Source of the DNA: Raillietiella orientalis
Taxonomy: Eukaryota
DNA: 64,000 nt
Reading direction: 5' to 3'
Assembly (NCBI GenBank): GCA_036172245.1
Contig: JAYWIR010000022.1
Coordinates: forward strand, 2,356,001 to 2,420,000
Shown here: positions 1-13,268 of the stretch, piece by piece
Numbering within the stretch: the stretch's first letter is position 1
How the letters are laid out: each line of letters opens with the position of its first letter
The notes under the pieces: model-generated
Database searches by the model: none
What the model was told of the DNA's origin: nothing
What the model saw: the letters and a program-made list of their open reading frames with translations, nothing else
Made by a program: the position numbers and the translations under genes

Positions 1-68
1 ACAAGCAAATTATGCCCATGCATGCTTTTTCTTTTCCAATATGTATGATGTCTCCAATTTTATTTAAG

Positions 69-2467
69 ATATCTCAGCAAGTTCCGTGTGGAGCAATGCC
101 AGTTGTTTGTGCAACACAAGTGCACTCAGCACAAGCCATATACATGTTTCAATTGGCATTTTCTGAACCAGCGCCGCCGGCAATCTATTCGCAAGCCAGA
201 TGGTACATTTAATTATAACCATGATATCTACTGCAACAAATATGATGAAAGTGCTGGGATCTGTGAAGATGGAGAAGAGTAGGTTGCAGAGTGAAACACA
301 GTTTACTGTCCAATTGCATACTTCCTTAAGGTGTCCATTTTTGCATCATACAGCTGGTGATACTGAGAGGAGATACCATTTACGCTATTATAAGACTGCC
401 ATGTGCTCCTATGATACTGACTCCCGTGGATTTTGTGTGAGGAATGGGCAGCACTGCGCTTTTGCCCATGGCATGCAAGATTTGAGATCTCCAGTATATG
501 ATATCCGGGAATTGAAGATGCTGGAAAAAAAAGATCCTAATGATGGATGCTGCAACACCCTGGATAAGGAAAGAAGTCTTGCTTCAGATGACAAAAGATG
601 GGAAGGTAAGATTCATGAGAATAATTGTAGATTTATTTGGCCAAAAATGGAACCAATAATTTGCTCTTCATTGGATAAAATTTTTTTAGACTCAACTTTT
701 GTACTGGCCAACTATAAAACAGAATCATGTAAAAAGCCTCCTCGCTTGTGTCGGCAAGGCTATGCTTGCCCTCAGTATCATAACAACCGAGACCGTAGAA
801 GGAATCCTCAAAAGTACAAGTATCGGTAAGTGAAAATGGATTTCAACAGCTTTTCAGGACCTGATTTGCAGGTCTACTCCTTGCCCCAACGTCAAACAAG
901 ATGACTGGGGAGATCCTGTGGCATGTGAAAATGGAGATGCTTGTCAGTATTGTCACACTCGGACGGAACAGCAGTTCCATCCTGAGATCTACAAGTCTAC
1001 TAAATGCAATGATATGCTCCAGTCCAAGTTTTGCCCACGTAGTGTTTTCTGTGCTTTTGCACATGTGGATGGTATACCTAGGAATGTTGCTAAATGCTAT
1101 GCTGTGCTCTTGTTTTTCAGAAGAAATACTTGTGTCGCGTTCTTTGATACAGACAGAGCATACTAGACTGGCTGATTTGCTAACATCTGCATTACCTGCT
1201 TCTCTGGTCAAAGAGAAAGAAAAATCACAGAGTAACGATGGAGATATGCTCAAATGCAGCAGCAATCCTATTAGTGATGTGAGTGATGCTGCTAAGCAGT
1301 CCTGTCTTAAATGTTTCTGGCAGACCTGCAGCAAAATTAGTACCTCACACTTCCCTGGAGATTTGGATTTATCTGCACCTGTATTGGATCTGAGACAAGT
1401 GCCTTTTGGACGTGTAGTTGGTGCAGAAAGAGAAGAAGTGCGTAAACAAACATTTTATCTAAAGCTTAATTACTGTTTTGTGGTTTTAGCTTCTTAGTAA
1501 CCGTGCCGGATCAGGAGAAGCAGATGTGACAGACTGCCTTGACAAAAACCGGTTGGTTTCTGGATCTGGTAAAGAGATTTTACTCCACAGGCATCTGTCA
1601 GAAGGCATGGACTATCTGCTAGGTAAGGGTTGGGTTTGTGCCGCCTCTCAGCTGCTGTGTGCAGGCAATTCTCTCAAGGAGATAAGTCTGGAAGATCCTT
1701 GTTCCTTGTGGTCCTGCTCAGACCGAGATCCAGATGCACAGTCAGGTAGGGAATGAAAGTTGTGTTCTAATTTGTTTGCCTAGGTTTCTTGAATGGCTCA
1801 TCTCCAGTAAACATTCCTGGTAGTGGGTTGAGACGCCATCATGCAAGTGGTGGCATCACATCTCCAGCAACAAATTCACCACTGGTGTCAGCAGGCACAG
1901 TGTTGTCACAGACATCATGTTCAGCCACTTCTGCAGTGTGGAATAAGGGAAGTCCAACTCAGTTTGCTATCCTCAATGAACTGCAACGACTTCGTGAAGA
2001 AAATGCAGCATTACATGCCAAGTTGCAATCTTGGGAAGAAAGCATGCAGCAGATATGTACTCCATCCGGAAAGACGTGGAAAGAAGATATAGATCTGTGC
2101 AATGTCAAGATGAAGCAGGCTTCTGTTCCTCATGATGAGGTGCGCATTGTAAAATAGGGTGTTTGTATTTTTCTTAAAGTATGCCATGCAGCGCCAAAAA
2201 TATTTGGAGACCTACCTACATGTTCTGCGTACCAATACTGATCTTGAGCACTTGGCTGCCGAAGTCCTGTGGGTGTTGAAAAGCCAGCTGCAAAACGATC
2301 AAGACAAAGTTGAAAAAGCCCTCAGCCAAGCATCCAGTTCTCAGTGTTGTCTGTGCCATATTGCAACATATGGCATATCTGTTCTGCCCTGTGGACATAC
2401 CAATTTGTGTGGAGCCTGCATTCCATCTCATCCTTCCTGTCCTATTTGTGCAACTCAACTTAGGTAG
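69..2467 (+). CDS. unk: Unkempt CCCH zinc-finger/RING RNA-binding protein (5' end upstream of window)
   Basis: GT-AG exons 69-278, 331-605, 690-825, 872-1071, 1121-1278, 1324-1437, 1490-1622, 1665-1745, 1784-2139, 2180-2467. They encode YLSKFRVEQC..HKCTQHKPYTCFNWHF, CPFLHHTAGDTERRYHLRYYKT, YKTESCKKPPRLCRQGYACPQYHN and CQYCHTRTEQQFHPEIYKSTKC (Unkempt CCCH array), the PVNIPGS motif, a coiled coil and a C-terminal RING (CCLC..LPCGH..CGAC..CPIC). Middle exon boundaries are less certain. Confidence 0.95.
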
Positions 2468-2828
2468 TGGCAATACTAGGTAGATTTCAAATTTAAATTC
2501 ACATCTTTGACATTGGACTGATTAGTGTGTTGCTTTTGTGGAAGTTTGTATTTTTTATATCCGTGTTTGCTAATCATATCCAGATAATGAAAGGTTCATA
2601 CCAATGCAGTGTGTGTTCAACATATACACTCCAACGTATTGAACTAATCTAATTTATTACGTGTTTACAGTATATACAATGTTCTTTGTTGGCTAAATTA
2701 GTATTACATATTGCCTCAGTCTAATATATCAGTTTACCATTGTGCTCTCATGGATTTTGTTTCTTTTTTTTGTTGTTGTTTTTTCTTCTTCCAGTACGCA
2801 ATACTTGAACGAAAGTAGTGTTTTTGCG

Positions 2829-2834
2829 AATAAA
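2829..2834 (+). terminator. Candidate poly(A) signal for unkempt
   Basis: First AATAAA noticed after the unk stop codon, about 360 nt downstream. Confidence 0.35.
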
Positions 2835-3240
2835 AACAGTTTTCACCCACCCATCGTGGTTTGTTGTTATGTTTTTTTTTCTCTCTCTCTCTCCCCCCCC
2901 GGCATCGCTGTGGCAGAGTGTGTGTGCTGTGATGAATTGGGCGCGAACCGCCGTCCCTCGGCACAGATCCGAGGGCTCGCCACTATGAATCAATTCCCCG
3001 TCTCGGAGAGCGCCGTGCGTTCTGCGTCATGAGGGAGTGCGCCTGCGCAGATCGCGTTCATTGATCAGCACGCAGCCTATAGTGGTGCAAGCCCGTTGCA
3101 TGGTGTAGTATTCCGAGGTTAAGTAAATGTTCGGAGCATATGACGGCAAGCATTCTGCTGCTCCTGGCTTCTCCCGGTTTAAATGGTATCCCATAGTCGA
3201 AAGCGATGTTCCGTAGTGTTCTCGAGAGAAAGTGACTGCG

Positions 3241-6200
3241 ATGTATGTAGCCAAAGATGTCATGGAAAAAGGAATGGAACTGACGAAACGCATGAACGGT
3301 TTAAGTTTACGAGGATGTAAGTTGTCAAAGGAAGACAAGCCAAACAGACTATCAGATTCTGATGTGCCAAGCAAATGTCGGACATCGGATTGCTCGCCTC
3401 GTAGAAACGATCCTCCAAGTGCGCCGCGTTGTGTGAATCAGCTCCCCGCGATGGGAAATTCGAACAAGAAGCACGCCGAAGCGGGGAACCAGGAAGCGAC
3501 CGACGATGTGATCCCCATCTCGGAGAAGTTCAACCGCTTCCTCTGGTGCAAGTCCAAGCTGCCCGGGCATCGCCTGCTCAGCTGGTCTCCCATAAACGGA
3601 CAGTATGGGTTTCTGAAGAGTGCAAAGAACTGCAAAAAGGGCCGCTTCGCAGACTCCCTGCAGACCAAAGTGTTGACAATGACCGAGCTGCTCATGGACG
3701 AAACGTTCCTAGACAGCTTTTTTTCCGTTCATCTCGATTTCGAAGACAGATGCCTTTCAGCTCAGGTATGCCGCAAGTGGAGAGACGTCCTGTATAATCC
3801 TAAGTATTGGGTAGACGTGATTCCAGTGTGGAATAGCAAAAAGTTGAACAAGGAACATCCCTCTTGCCAGAAACAGTTTTTCCAATCCATAATCGGTCGT
3901 GGAATGAACAGCATGTGTTTCCAAAATTCGGGTGACGAGGACGTGCGAAACTTCGTCACGTCGTACCCCCAGTCCACATGCTTTGTGAAGCACCTGGTGC
4001 TGAAATCCTGTCACGTGACGGACAGGGGATTCGAGATGCTGTCGCAGTGCTTCTGCAACGCGAACCAGGTCGAAATCATCGGCTGCAACGAAATCACGGA
4101 ATCCGGACTGTGGTCATCTCTGATCCCCAAGACGACGAGCCTCCACATAGCGGATTGCATCAGCGTGACAGACGGATGCATCGCAGCCATCTGCCAGTCG
4201 CTGACTTCTCTTCAGGAACTGAGCCTGCAAGCGTATCACGTTACCGACGGTTTCACGTCCAGCTTCACCGCTTGCCAGAGCGAATGCTTGAGGGTGCTGA
4301 GACTGAAATCTTGCTGGGAAATCACCAACCACGGCGTCACGAACCTCGGTAGGTAGGAGTTTTCTTGCTCCTGGTGCCTGCCTGCCTGCCTGCCCCCCCC
4401 GCGCGAACGCGGGCGTGCACACGCTGGGGCAGTCGTTTCGCGAGGAGGCGGGCCCTTCCGCGCCGCGTGCTACCTCCGGGAGACCCTTTCGATCCGATCC
4501 CCCCCCCCTTCCTTCCCCGAGAGCTCGCCACCCCATCTGCTCGGTTTAAGCCCCCGCCGCACGGAATGGGAAAGTCTTCGCGGCTCTTGCCCGAGCCCTC
4601 TCCATGCCGGCGGCAGGCGAGGACGCTCCCGCAAGCCTGATCGCCGTGCCTGCGGTGATGCTCCCGATGGGAGCTGGGGAAGCTGGGTGCGCACGCAACC
4701 CCGCGAAAGCCGCTCGTAGGCTTCCGGATCGGGTGCCGTTTCGCGGACCCTGCGTGCGTGCGTGCGTGAGTGCGTGCGTGCGTGCATGCATGCATGCCCG
4801 TCCGTGTTTCCGACGAGGGGAGACACTGCGTGTGTCTCGACCACCGCCCAAGCCGAGGGAGGTGTTCCGCGACGCGCCTGTCCTTCAGCCTGAGCGGGTG
4901 CGCCCTGGGATGCTGGTGTGCTGCAGGAGCTGCGCACACCCGAAACACTCGCGCGCATATGCGCTTATGCCAGTGTATGTTGGGGGGGGGGGGGGATGGT
5001 CTCCCCTCAGCTTCCAAGGTGGATGGTGAGAGCACGCGGTGTGCACGGTGCCAAAAGGGTTGTACGGGAGAGGGTTAAGAACGCCCTCTGCCGCCGCGTC
5101 CTTTCCCCCGCGCACAAGTTCTGCTGCTCCGTGGTTGCCATGCGGCTTCGAATGTCACCGGGAAGGGGAGCCCCCAGCGGGCGCCACTCGCGTTGCAGAT
5201 GGTAGCAACCGACGCGCACCCGTTGATTCCTATCTGCACAGCTTTCCCGTGACCTTCTAGCCTGTGTGTCGTTGTAAGGTCAAGGGAAAAAGGGCAGATC
5301 TGTGCCAGGAAGCGTGCTGTCGTGTAGGGGAAAAAAAGAGAACACTCGCGGAGGCGGAAAGATCAGTCATTCAAGACGAAGAAAAAGCTACGGACCTCGT
5401 CCGTGGCGAAGGTTCTCTTCCTTCGAAGGTGGTCGAAATCCCTCTCACTTCTTAAAGTGGCCGACGATCGACGACGACGGAGGAATGAAGGCCGCTATCC
5501 GAAGAGCGGGCCTCGGCGAATCACACGGGACGCTGGACTTTTGGCCGGACTCCTCAAGGCCACACGCGTTGCCCGTCGGGCGAAAGAGAGGGAGCAGGGA
5601 GACGTCGTGGCATTCCACCACCGTCTCCGAGCGGAACGTGGCGCGTGCGCGTTCCCAGAGTTCACCCCATGAGCGGGTTGCATTCTTGCGAGGAATGAAA
5701 GTGTTCAGTCCGAACCGACCGGCGCAGCAGGGCAAGCCGGGGGTTTGGCAGGAAGTGCGGACCGTCCTGGACGACGGATCGGTGGCATAAGCGAGGTGCC
5801 CACCACCGGGCGGCTTGCGCTCTCGCGCCCGGTTGGAGAAGAGAGAGACGTCAGTCGAAGGGAATCGCCGGCGTCCTGCTTGCCTCGACCGCTTGTCCGA
5901 TGCGGGACCTGAAGGGACGGAAAAGGAGTGAAGGCCGTCGGACCGACCCGAGACCAGACAAGACCGAATCCACTTCCTCCTAAGGAGGACGTGGGGACGT
6001 GGAGAGGGTGGAGTCCTGCGCCTCGGTCAGCTAACCTCCCGCACACGAGACATTCAAGGGAAAATTGCCGACCATCGACGGCTGCCCGTGGTCGTCCGCT
6101 CACACGGGGGGTGGGGGTGGGAGAGGACGGTTTTTGCAGAGCTATTGCGGGACTCCGCGTCCTTCTTGCAAGACCTTGGATTGAACGATGAGGCGGAGCA

Positions 6201-8054
6201 GGAGAGACGAAGACTATCATCGGCTTTCCTGGTATCCAGACTTCCTCCTCCTATCCTTCGGAGTCCGGCTGAAGAATTCCAGGAGTTTCAAGGACGGCTC
6301 CGCCTTCGCCTATGCAGACGAACAGCCACTCGCGTGCTTCCGCGGCCCTCTCCGAGGGACTTTCGATGTCGCCGCCCCGACATCCAGCGAGATATCCCTT
6401 CTTCCTTCTCCCGTTCCACGGGAGGTTCCTACTCCTGGCTGAGGATCGAGCCGAGACCTCCCTGCCCGCCTCTGGGGCACTGACGAGGCTGGCCTTCCAG
6501 CCACAGCGCGGGAACGTACCCGACATCTTGTCTTTCGGCTCGCCGCCTCCGTGTGACGCCGCTGGCGCCCGGTGGCGTCCGCGTGCCTGGGGGCAGGTCT
6601 ACAGGAGAAAGGACAAGGAGGTTTGGTGAGGAGCGTCCGTCCGCACTGGATCCCAGGACGGCAGTGACCGACGTTCTCTTGCTGACCAAGGCGCACGCCA
6701 CACCTTCCTTTCACCTCCAGCTTTCGGGCTCCCCGGAGACCGGCGGGATGCCGGTCCCGGGGGTGATTCGGGGTTTTATAGCTCTGACCACCAGGAAGAA
6801 CCAGGAGCGAAGTTGTCGGCGCCGTCGTCAGGAGGCGCAGCAGGGTTGCCCTCGGGTTGGCGGGTCGAGAAGGATGAGGAAGAGGGATTGAAGGGGCCGC
6901 CGAGGGAGCTCCGGCCGGGAGTACCGCCTGCTCGAAGGGCCGCCGCTCTGAGGCCATCTTTCCGTCGCCCTTAACCTCCAGGGGATAGGGGACACCTCGG
7001 GCGAATTCTGACGTATCGGTGGCTCCACTGGATGACATCTGGTGGTTTTCCCGCCTTTCTACCGCCGCGCCAGGGACAGCACCACCGATCCGCTCGCTGG
7101 GATGTGCCCCCTTCACCTCCATCCTTTTCTGTTGCAGTGCGTCACCTTCCCAACCTGCTCACCCTCGGCCTGTCCGGATGCAGCAAGGTCACCGACGACG
7201 GCGTGGAGGTCATCGCGGAAGCCCTGAAGAACCTGCGCAGCCTCGACCTGTCCTGGTGCCCGCGGCTGACTGACGTCTCCCTCGAATCGATCGCCTGCGA
7301 CCTCCCACAGCTAGAGGAGCTCATCCTGGATCGGTGAGGGGGCGACCACCACCCGCGCCTCTCTCCCCCACCTCGGAGGGGTGATCCCTCCTCTCCGCCC
7401 CGTTCGGGGGAGGCTTCGGCGGGATCACGCAGGGGGAGGGAACGCTCCGGAGGGCGATTGCGCAGCCGAGGGGACGGAATGAGCAGGGGAATCAGCGCGG
7501 CCTCGTCCATGACCTATGCCCCCCGTGTCCCTTCAGGTGTGCGCAGGTCACGGATGCGGGCATCGGTTACCTGTCCACCATTCTGACTCTGCGGAAGCTG
7601 TACCTGCGGTGGTGCGTCCAGATCAGGGACTTCGGCCTCCAGCATCTCTCCACCATGAGGAACCTGCAGGTGCTATCCGTGGCCGGTAAGGACGCGGCGA
7701 CGGGGTCGCTCTACTTCCCCACCCACCCCTCCCCTTCCATTTCCTTCCTTTCTTGGTGGCGCCGCGGAGGGCGAGCACCGGCGATGGCGCACTTGCGCCG
7801 CCTGACCCCCCCCCCCCCTCTCCCCTGCTTTCCCTCGCCCATCCGTCCAGTGCTCATCCTCCCTTCCTTGATCCCAGGCTGCTCCCATTCTTCTTTCTCC
7901 CGTAGGCTGCTCGCTCATCACGGCCTCCGGGATCTCCTGCCTCAGCCACCTGAGATCCCTGCAGGAACTGGAGCTGACCAACTGCCCGGCCTGCACGGAG
8001 GAGCTCGTGGGTCACCTCAGGAGGAGCTTGCCCTGCTGTGTGGTCATCTCCTGA
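3241..8054 (+). CDS. FBXL16: F-box/leucine-rich repeat protein 16
   Basis: Exons 3241-4348, 7138-7333, 7537-7685, 7906-8054 (GT-AG, phases consistent). N-terminal [12 protein letters not shown] motif, F-box-like [23 protein letters not shown], and cysteine-containing LRRs ([66 protein letters not shown]). ATG at 3262 is an alternative start. Confidence 0.93.
4751..4796 (+). repeat. Imperfect (TGCG)n/(TGCA)n microsatellite in FBXL16 intron 1
   Basis: tgcgtgcgtgcgtgcgtgagtgcgtgcgtgcgtgcatgcatgcatg. Confidence 0.8.
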
Positions 8055-8224
8055 CCGCCGGAGGCGCCTCGCTCCCCGCCGCCACCGGAGGGGCGCGCGC
8101 GAAGTGGGGGAGGGAGGGAAGGGGAGGGGGAGGGGCGCCGCCGCGCGTCCCCGGGATGAGGCGACCCCTCCCGGAGTGGGGGCGCCTTCCCGGTAGCCTT
8201 ACAGCGGAGGGCATTCTATTTTGA

Positions 8225-8230
8225 AATAAA
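8225..8230 (+). terminator. Poly(A) signal of FBXL16
   Basis: AATAAA 170 nt after the stop codon, in an otherwise very GC-rich context. Confidence 0.65.
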
Positions 8231-11200
8231 ACCCCATCTACTTTCGTAACCAGGCAACTGGGCGCGCGAGCTCGACCCCTCGGGGAGGAAGGGGGGCGCG
8301 GGGAGACGAGGGAGGAAGAATGGCGTTGATGGCAGCTATCTTGCTTTTCACCTTTTCTCTCGACCACGCTCAGTCCTTCCTCGGGTTGGCATCCTGAGGC
8401 TGCGGCAACGCCGGCGATCGAGATCGACCCTTTCCAGGAATCTCGGCATTCCCCTGTGGGACCCCAAGTGAACGATCCTTGGGGGTCCCGCAGTAGGGAG
8501 TTCTTTACGCTTTAAGGAAGAGGGGAAGATCCCAGTGGTCGCTCCTGACGGGTGCGGATCGGCCAGCAGGAAGGGCTCACAAAATGCCTCGCTCAGTGCC
8601 ATCTGTGTGCTCAGCGTCGAACCAGGCTCGCCGGAGGGAACCCCGACAGAAGGGAGGATCCCTCGGGGTCTGGAAGACGGTCCGCGGAGCGTTGCCACAT
8701 CGCGGGAGTTCAACGAGAAGCCTTAGGGCGAGTGAGTGGGGGGAAGGCATCTCCAGCCTTGTCCTGCAACACATCCAGGGTGCCTTTGTCTCGTAGGACG
8801 CATCTCCAGGTGGTCGGCTCCGGACGAGTGATAGCTCGTCCTTCTCTCCACCTCCCCCAGCTGGCACCCCTTGCGGTCCGGCCTTAGTCTTCTACCCTGC
8901 TCCCCATTCCACGAGGTCCGCCCACGTGACCTACCGCTTCCGAGCGCACGTGGCTGGCGCCAGATTCTGAGAAGGGGATGCGACAGGCTCCTTCCTCAGC
9001 TGCCCCTGCAGGGGCGGCGGAAGCCCGCACGGATTCTTCCAGGTTTTTTTTTTGTTCTCTCCCGATGAGCCGATCTCTTCCTGGGTCGGGGCAGACGCCA
9101 AGACGAACGACGGGTGGGTTGCCTCAGTGGACCCTTCAGCCCTCCTCCCTGACGATCAGGCGAGTTCGGGTGAGCAGAGGTGGACAACCCGCGCCCCTCC
9201 CATGGCTCCCAGAGTCTGCGTGGCCCAGAAGGGGTGGGTGCGCTGGACGGGGGCCGAGGACTTCCAGCCCCCAGGGGGAGAACAGGTCTCTCACATCGGA
9301 AGGAGCAGACGGCCCCTCCTTCCTCTTCCGCGTCCTCCCGACGCGGTCGGTGACTCCGAGAGGAAGGGCAGGGATTCGCCAGGGATGCCGAGGATCGCCA
9401 GCGGGACGCGCCACTCCGGGAGGCTTCCCCGGAGCAGGAACGCCTCGTCCGCCCCACCCACCCCGCTGGAGACACCCTGCCGCCCTGCAATGCTCCGGCT
9501 GTAGGCCCTCGAAGCCCCCTCGGCACGCGGTCTCGGGCTCCCCGGGTCGGCGGGCGGGCCACGCACTCACGCGCCAGGGGGGGAGACGCGTGGACCCTAC
9601 GGCGGGTCGGGAGGACCGACCGTAGGGTCCACGGTAGGGAGGGAGGACTGAAGAGCGGCCCCGAAGACGTGCAGCGAAAAGCCGGGCGCCACTGGCCACA
9701 AGCGCGCACGCCGGGGGCGGCGCCCGTGCCCTGTGCGAGAATCCTTCGTGCATAAGCGCAAGAGGATGCCGGCTGAAAGCGGCGGCGAGACCATGGAACC
9801 ACCGCAAGTGACTGTGGGAGCAGTGGGTCTTCCGGCCGCACCAAAGGTCGGCAACTAGAAACCATGATAAGCCTCGCTGCAGCCGCGAGAACGCCATCCA
9901 GCGGCGGAACGCTCGGGACCCCGCAAACCCTGAATTTGCGAGCCTGGAGCGAGGCTGCCACCAGCAGGAGCCAGGAGGCGACAGATGGGAAATGGCTCGC
10001 GATCCCAGCTGGCCTCAAGCGGAGAGAAGGGTTCGCTCCTCATGCTCTTTGCGCAACCTCCAGGCAGCCACTTGCGCCCGCGCACCTTCGGTCGAGGGGA
10101 GGCCGGGAGGATGTGCTTCCTCCCGCTGCTGGGCGCCTCCCTCCAGGAGGGAATGCGACTCGCTGGCGCGAGATGTGACCTTCGACAGAATCGGGGGAGC
10201 GGTAACCAGGGAAGCTGACTCTTGTCAACGGCATGCCCGTCACCCCTTTCTTCCCTCTGGATCGCCCCCGGAGCTGTAGGAACCCTCCCGGCAATTTTCT
10301 GAGGGTTCAGGAAACTCCTGAACTAGTAGACCCTCCTTGGATCCAGGAAGCTTCTGGCGCCAAGGGCCTTCTGGAAGCGTCATCCGGAAGCTCTTGGAGC
10401 CGAAGCACCCGGAAGTCGGTGTAGTTGCTTCGCTCGAAAGCCCTTCCTTGCAGTGGAGCAGCAGGGGCTTCCGGGCTTCCCAGACGTTTCTCAGTCGCGG
10501 GCAGGCGTCCTCGAAGGCATGCCCAGGCCAGGGAGAGTCTGCGCAGTCTCCGACGGACTGAGCCGTCTCGGACTGGATTACTTCCCTCTCGGCTAATTTT
10601 TTGGACCATGAGCGGGCGGGTGGGTGGGAACCAGGAGACAGGAACTGCTGCGCGCTGTGTCCGGAGGTCCGAGGTCGTCGCCGGAGGAGGGTGGATGCGC
10701 GAGGGGTTAGGAGTTTCCCTCGCCGCATGTGCCCCAGGATCGAACCGGGGGAAGGCGACCGGTGCGTCGGCCGGCACTCCGAGCTTCGCATCTCCCCGCT
10801 CGAGGTCGCGCGCGACGCGTTTCCTGCCCCTTCGTCGAAGGGCAGCCTGGGCGTGGAGGGAAGCGCGGTCGGTTGGTCGGCGGGCGGGCGGGGCAAGCCG
10901 GCGACGATTCTCTGCTGCTCCACAGCATGGCAGTGATCCCCACCTGCTCCTCGGGGAGCGGCTGGTCGTGACCGGTAACCCAACCGGTGCTCTCAGCGTC
11001 GCCTTAGGCCCTCTCGGCGCTCCCCCGCGGATCAGCGGCTTTTCTGACTTCCCGTGGACCCCGCGACGGGCTGCACGCGCCCGCGGAGACACCCCTTCCG
11101 AGGAAAAGGGGTGGAAGAGCCTTGGCTCGCCCCACGCTGCCTTGGACCCTCCACTGCCGCCTCCGGGGTAAGGAGATCGCCCCCTCGCCCTGGGGGCACG

Positions 11201-13268
11201 GATGGCTGCTAAGTCGCCACAGCGAGGAAGTGTCAGACGTCTGCCGGCCCAAGAGGAAGGAGGGGTTGCCCTCACTAGATAGAAAGTGGGGGAGGGGGTT
11301 GAAAGGACCGTCTTCATGGTGATGGACACGGTTCGTGAGGGTTCAGCGTAGAGTGCGAATTGGGCAGGCACGAGGAAGGAGGAAATAGGAAGCTGCCGCT
11401 GGTTATGGCCCATCCTGCTCACAATTGCCTTGAGGCGTCCCTTGTCACCAGTTTCCTGCTCGTGCCATTTTGTCGCACTTGGTATGAGGGCCACCGGCGT
11501 TGCAAGCCAGCAGCAGTGGCGTCCTCGACCCCTGCCTTTCATCTCGGCCCTCTGTTGTGTCGCCTGCTCGTGGCAGAAAATCTCCTGGGGGTCCCTAGGG
11601 GCCGCACAGCCGGTGAACCTCAAGAGGAGCTACAGTCCCTCTTCTGGAACGGGTCCCGGAGGAATCTTCTGTGGACTGGAGAGTCTCCATGCTGCAGAGA
11701 GGGTGCCCGGCCTCGCAGGGGTGGCACTCCAGCCCGGCAACGCGACCTGGGAGCGTCTCCCACCGCTACTTCGGCACGCCGGGGTTCTCGAAGACTCCAT
11801 GTGCTGCGAAGGCGCGATCGCAACGCCTCTCGCGGCACTGCCGGCGAGGTTGCCCGTCAGGGCGCAGGAGCGTCCGGTTCCCATCGTGCCAACGCCCCTC
11901 CCGCGTGACCGGTCACGACCTCGCGTTTCCGGGTCGTGCGGCATCTCAAGGTCTCGTTCCCTCTTGCTTCCTCTCCCCCCCCATGAGGAGGAGGAGGGAT
12001 TCCCGCTGCCGCCGCCACCGCCTCTCCTCAGCTCTGCGCGCGTTCGTACCGGCCGGCTGCGGAAGGAGGGGCCTGTGCGAGTCAGCTGCTGACCCAGCGC
12101 TGAGGGCAGTCGGTTTCCTGCTCGGAGGGTGGGGACGCACTCCTTCCGCCCCTTCCCCTCATCTAGGGCGATAAGGTCGGAGCCCTGCTTCCTCCCTCTC
12201 GAGTGGGCAGGAACTGGCGTTGCTGCTGCTTCATCGGGGAATCCCGTGCAAAGCACGCCTCCACCACTGGACCCTGGGGGGCACGGACGCAGGAAGAGGG
12301 AGAACCTCCCGCATCTGCTCCTCGACCGCACTACCTCCAGCCCCTGTGGGAACGTTTCGCGACGACCCTGCGGATCCCCGGGAGCAATTCCTAGTTCGCC
12401 GTCAAGCGCCTCTTCGTGTGTGGACCGCAGCCACGAGCCACGCGCGTGGCAACTGTCTGCTGCATGCCAGGGATCTCCATGGAGTCGCAGAGTCCCTCCA
12501 GAAGAGGCCAACATGGCAGAGGCACCATCTGCGGGACGAAACTCTTTTTGAGGATCGCCGCGAGATGGCGCCCCCGAGAACGAACCAGCATCGACTTGAC
12601 AGCATCCTCCAGAGAATGAACGGGACGCCACGGGGCACATAGTCATCCCTTCCCATCCCCCCCCCCCCCTTCCCGACAGACAACTCTATATGACTTTTTT
12701 TTGTTCATTTTTGCTTTGTTTTCCCCGTGGCCCTCGCATCGGACCACGAGTGGCGAGTGGGAAAAAACTTTGTGCGTGTAGAACCACGCGTCCCACCAAA
12801 AACCCAAACGTCTCTTACTTTTGTAATGAGAATGCCCGCCCGGCAGACCCGAGTGGAAGTCCTGTGCCGGAGCCGCGTGTGGCCGGCGTCCGACAGGCAT
12901 GGCATGCTCGGACCCGACTCTGCGCCGTACCAAACGAAGAACGTTGGAGGTCCTGGCGCAGCGACGGACGCGAAAATGTGCCCTTTGTTTGCCCTCCGGG
13001 GGGCTCATCCCTGGAAGAAACTTCGGGGTCTCTTCCAAGCAGATCCCTCGGCCTCCATCTCCTTCTCCCCCTCCGTTCCTGAGAAGCAACCTGTTGCTCC
13101 CTGTCCCTCCCCCCCTGACATGGCTCTTACCCTCCCTCGAGTGGAGCAAGGAAGGGAGGGGGAGGAAGGGAGGAGAAGGGCCTCTCTCGTCTCGTCCTAC
13201 CCCTTCGCAATGCGCGCGCACCCCCTGAGCTCGTGTCTTCCTCGGCGCCGGAGGCGAGGTCTCCCAAG

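Noticed and set aside
1569..1590. Possible 22-nt GT-AG intron in unk
   Set aside because: It would shift the frame; the exon reads through to a better donor at 1623
8300..13200. Many long overlapping ORFs (e.g. 10307-11623, 8996-10018, 11630-12646)
   Set aside because: Arg/Pro/Gly/Ala-rich translations in several frames with no recognisable domain; expected from stop-codon scarcity in GC-rich DNA
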